64,000 nucleotides of DNA from assembly GCA_021300495.1 (NCBI GenBank), contig JAJTDK010000001.1, positions 13,400 to 77,399 on the forward strand. The letters run 5' to 3'. Both the position numbers and the translations under genes were made by a program. Below, piece by piece: positions 60,687 through 64,000 of the stretch (position 1 is its first letter; the number at the start of each line of letters is the position of its first letter). The notes under the pieces were generated by a model, which saw only the letters and a program-made list of their open reading frames with translations, was not told the DNA's origin and did no database searches. The DNA is from Limnohabitans sp. (lineage in GTDB: Bacteria; Pseudomonadota; Gammaproteobacteria; Burkholderiales; Burkholderiaceae_C).

Positions 60687-62177
60687 GTGATTTTGGATTC
60701 TCCTGACAAGCCAGAGAAGGCGCCGCGAAAGTTCATCCCCATCGTTGCCTTACAAGATGTAGCGGCTCCAGACGATACGGAGGAGGGCGCTTGGGGTGAG
60801 CTGTATCAAGCTCACCAAAAAATTTACCCCCGCAGTGTCCAAGGCATTTTTGCCAAGTGGCGCTGGGGTTTTGTTTTCCTCACTCAAATTATTTTTTATG
60901 GGCTGCCTTGGCTAGAGTGGGGTCAGCGTCAGGCCGTGCTCTTCGATTTAGGCGCTAGGCGCTTTTATATTTTTGGCATTGTTCTTTACCCTCAAGACTT
61001 TATTTACCTCACCGGCTTGTTGGTGATTTCTGCTTTCTCATTATTTTTATTCACTGCCATTGCAGGCCGATTGTGGTGCGGGTTTGCATGTCCGCAAACG
61101 GTTTACAGTGAAATCTTCATGTGGATAGAGCGCAAAGTGGAGGGCAATCGGACTGCCCGCATGCGCCTTGACGCGCAAGCCTTCTCACTCGAAAAATTGG
61201 TCAAGAAATGGTACAAACATTTGCTCTGGCTTGGATTTTCAATTTGGACAGGTTTTACATTTGTAGGCTACTTCACTCCCATTCGTGATTTGGGCATGGA
61301 GTTCTTCTTAGGAAACATGTCTTCTTGGGAGGTTTTCTGGGTTTTCTTTTATGGCTTTGCAACGTATGGCAATGCAGGTTTCATGCGCGAGCAAGTTTGC
61401 AAATACATGTGCCCCTATGCACGCTTTCAAAGCGCCATGTTTGACAAAGATACCTTGATTGTTACTTACGATTCAGAGCGAGGAGAGCCGCGCGGTTCAC
61501 GCTCTAAAAAAGCCGATTTCGCTGCCCTGAATTTGGGGGCTTGCGTTGACTGCAGCTTGTGTGTCCAGGTGTGCCCCACTGGCATTGATATTCGAAATGG
61601 CTTGCAGTACGAGTGCATTGGCTGTGGTGCTTGTGCCGATGTGTGCGACACCATCATGGACAAAGTAGGTTATTCGCGTGGTTTGGTTAAATTTTCTACG
61701 CAACACGCCATGGAAAACCATTGGACTTCTGCCCAAACACTGCGCCATGTTTTTCGGCCCCGTGTGCTCATTTACACGGGCATTTTGTTATTGGTCACTG
61801 CACTGTTGTTTGGAAGTTTATTCGCACGCAAATCTTTCAAGGTTGATGTGGTTCGAGACCGTGCCTCGCTGGCACGCATTGTGAGTGGTGGCAACATCGA
61901 GAATGTGTACCGGCTGCAAATCATGAACGCCGCAGAAAAACGCCAGCATTTCCGAATCATTGCGTCTGGTATGAATGATTTAAAGGTCTTGACCGATGCT
62001 GAAGACTTGGTGGTGGAGTCAACTCAATCAAGCTGGGTCACTGTTCGATTGCAAGTTCCTTATGATGCTGCAGTATCTGGAAAGTACCCCATTCTATTCA
62101 CCATTGAGGCTTTTGACGACACTGAAAAGGTGGGTGAAAAGCTTGAAGAAAAATCGATCTTTTTAATTCCACGCTAG
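60687..62177 (+). CDS. ccoG: CcoG/FixG membrane ferredoxin
   Basis: CGFACPQT, CVDCSLCVQVCP and CIGCGACADVC motifs. Confidence 0.92.
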   Translation: MILDSPDKPEKAPRKFIPIVALQDVAAPDDTEEGAWGELYQAHQKIYPRSVQGIFAKWRWGFVFLTQIIFYGLPWLEWGQRQAVLFDLGARRFYIFGIVLYPQDFIYLTGLLVISAFSLFLFTAIAGRLWCGFACPQTVYSEIFMWIERKVEGNRTARMRLDAQAFSLEKLVKKWYKHLLWLGFSIWTGFTFVGYFTPIRDLGMEFFLGNMSSWEVFWVFFYGFATYGNAGFMREQVCKYMCPYARFQSAMFDKDTLIVTYDSERGEPRGSRSKKADFAALNLGACVDCSLCVQVCPTGIDIRNGLQYECIGCGACADVCDTIMDKVGYSRGLVKFSTQHAMENHWTSAQTLRHVFRPRVLIYTGILLLVTALLFGSLFARKSFKVDVVRDRASLARIVSGGNIENVYRLQIMNAAEKRQHFRIIASGMNDLKVLTDAEDLVVESTQSSWVTVRLQVPYDAAVSGKYPILFTIEAFDDTEKVGEKLEEKSIFLIPR

Positions 62178-62215
62178 TCAAGACTTTTGCACATTCATTT
62201 TGAAGAAAGTGTTTT

Positions 62216-62497
62216 ATGAATACCTCTACGTTGAAAAATCAAAGTCCTTCTGCCGCCAAGCCATGGTGGACATTTGGCATGGTCTGGATGATCATTTCAG
62301 GCCCGGCCGTGGTGGTGGTAGCGGCCTTTGCCACCCTTTATCTGGCCATCACCATTCCAGACCCTGTGCTGCCCACAGAGGCAATGAATCCTCGCAATGC
62401 AATAGAAAATCAAGGCAAGTTAGAAGCCGCCATGGCGCCTGCCATGCAAGCCCGCAATCATGCAAGTACTGGCGTAGTGCCAACACCCAAAAAATAA
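62216..62497 (+). CDS. Short FixH/CcoH-like membrane protein
   Basis: KPWW..VWMIISGPAVVV N-terminus; position after ccoG. Confidence 0.6.
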   Translation: MNTSTLKNQSPSAAKPWWTFGMVWMIISGPAVVVVAAFATLYLAITIPDPVLPTEAMNPRNAIENQGKLEAAMAPAMQARNHASTGVVPTPKK

Positions 62498-62536
62498 GAA
62501 GTCAGTTAACTCACAAAAACCGACAAGGAGACAAAC

Positions 62537-62833
62537 ATGCTTGCTCAAAGACTGATGTGGATCGTATGGCCTGCTTTTTTAGTGGCGGGACTTTTAGAAG
62601 CGGTTGTTTTTGGTATTTTTGACCCCGAAGACATGCGCTGGTTTGGACACCCGATGGCACTGTCAAGGCAAGGTGTTTACACCGTGTCATTTTTCGTATT
62701 TTGGGCTTTGACCATTGTGTCTAGCAGCCTTACGACGCTGCTGGCCATGTCGCCGTTTGAGGTCAACCGTTGCCCTGTGTCTGTCGATCAACGCCCAAGT
62801 AACTGCACCCAAAAAGGCGATGGCTGCTGTTAA
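62537..62833 (+). CDS. Hypothetical membrane protein
   Basis: AAGGAG SD; WIVWPAFLVAG; two TM segments. Confidence 0.7.
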   Translation: MLAQRLMWIVWPAFLVAGLLEAVVFGIFDPEDMRWFGHPMALSRQGVYTVSFFVFWALTIVSSSLTTLLAMSPFEVNRCPVSVDQRPSNCTQKGDGCC

Positions 62834-62857
62834 GTCAGCTCAGTGCTTGTGTTAGCG

Positions 62858-63580
62858 TTAATGGCATTGAGGCTGTGTGTTTACCATGCGCTGAAGCGCT
62901 TCTATGTTCAAAATTTTAACGTGGCGCTGCTTCACTTCTACAATGCCGTCGTCTACAAATTTAGAGAATGTTCGACTGACGGTTTCAAGTTTGAGGCCCA
63001 GATAACTGCCAATTTCTTCGCGCGTCATGCGCAACACCAATTCGGTTTGAGAAAAGCCGCGCGAGTGCAAGCGCTGAACCAAGTTTAATAAGAAGGCTGC
63101 CAAGCGTTCTTCAGCGCGCATGCTGCCCAACAGCAACATGACGCCGTGCTCGCGCACAATTTCGCGGGACATGATTTTGTGAACATGGTGCTGAAGCGCG
63201 GTGACTTCGCGTGAAATTTCTTCAATGCGGTCGAAGGGCATGACACACACTTCTGCGTCTTCTAAGGCAACGGCATCGCAGCTGTGTTGATCGTTCACGA
63301 TGCCATCGAGGCCAATGATTTCGCCTGCCATTTGGAAACCCGTAACTTGGTCGCGCCCATCTTCCGAGGCCAGGCAGGTTTTGAAGAAGCCCGTGCGAAT
63401 GGCGTAAAGCGACGTAAATTTGTCGCCATTGCTGAAAAGGGTGGTGCCCCGTTTGACTTTGCGGCGTGTGGTGACCAAATCGTCTAAGCGTTCTAGATCG
63501 TGTTCAGACAGGCCCATGGGCATGCAGAGTTCGCGCAAGTTGCAGTTGGAGCATGCGACTTTGATGGCTTCAGGATTCAT
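62858..63580 (-). CDS. fnr: FNR-type transcriptional regulator
   Basis: CSNCNLRELC plus central Cys; HTH ETVSR. Confidence 0.93.
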   Translation of the reverse strand: MNPEAIKVACSNCNLRELCMPMGLSEHDLERLDDLVTTRRKVKRGTTLFSNGDKFTSLYAIRTGFFKTCLASEDGRDQVTGFQMAGEIIGLDGIVNDQHSCDAVALEDAEVCVMPFDRIEEISREVTALQHHVHKIMSREIVREHGVMLLLGSMRAEERLAAFLLNLVQRLHSRGFSQTELVLRMTREEIGSYLGLKLETVSRTFSKFVDDGIVEVKQRHVKILNIEALQRMVNTQPQCH

Positions 63581-63649
63581 GGCATTCTCGATTTAGAAAA
63601 GTTGACATTGCGACAAGTCAAGGCTTGAGCTTATACCTACTTGAACCTC

Positions 63650-63718
63650 TTGATTCATCTCAAACTTCTATAAATCTCTATTTTGGGGTCAGATCGACCA
63701 AAATTTGATTTAAGTCAA
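63650..63718. promoter_or_regulatory. Two FNR-like boxes between fnr and hemN
   Basis: TTGATTCATCTCAA (63650-63663) and TTGATTTAAGTCAA (63705-63718). Confidence 0.65.
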
Positions 63719-63786
63719 ATTCAAGCCAAGAAGGAAAGGGCACATTAAAGAAATCTTACAAATTTGCCCGCCTTGTTAAATCTCGT

Positions 63787-64000
63787 ATGTCTTTTTTAAC
63801 GCCCGAATTGCTCACCCGTTTTGATGTCTCTGGCCCACGGTATACCTCGTACCCTACAGCGGATCGGTTTGTAGAGGCCTTTTCACAAAGCGATTTGAGA
63901 CAAGCTTTGGAATTTCGCAAGCAAGGCGTCGGACCCAAAAACGGGCCCTTGTCCATTTACGTGCACATTCCTTTTTGTGAATCGCTTTGCTACTACTGCG
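63787..64000 (+). CDS. hemN: Oxygen-independent coproporphyrinogen III oxidase, 5' part (runs off window)
   Basis: GPRYTSYPTA and YVHIPFCESLCYYC radical SAM motif. Confidence 0.92.
   Translation, partial: MSFLTPELLTRFDVSGPRYTSYPTADRFVEAFSQSDLRQALEFRKQGVGPKNGPLSIYVHIPFCESLCYYC

Overview
A 64-kb, mostly core-chromosome segment from a betaproteobacterium. Gene content and order (uvrC-pgsA-DMT-HU-tRNA-Val-ppiD-tRNA-His, earP-efp, Bug protein, ccoISNOQPG-fnr-hemN) suggest Comamonadaceae, e.g. a Limnohabitans-like organism; this is inference. It holds about 60 CDS: central metabolism, AhpCF, phasin, an ABC transporter, pncB, EF-P/EarP, surE-pcm-nlpD-rlmD without rpoS, ilvD, lgt, matB and a cbb3 oxidase/FNR cluster. 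There are 3 tRNAs and several small genes missing from the ORF track. No integrase, transposase, phage gene or CRISPR array was seen. The clearest anomaly is a ~185-bp non-coding element between divergent ilvD and lgt (about 50786-50972). It carries a ~42-bp near-perfect G-rich/C-rich inverted repeat with G-quadruplex motifs on both strands, is flanked by CTA, and appears inserted into the ilvD promoter. Secondary signals are a recurring (C/G)ACAAT-N6-8-ATG leaderless-promoter signature, a compact bidirectional earP/uvrC promoter, an orphan Stealth gene after tRNA-His, and a standalone small basic ORF.
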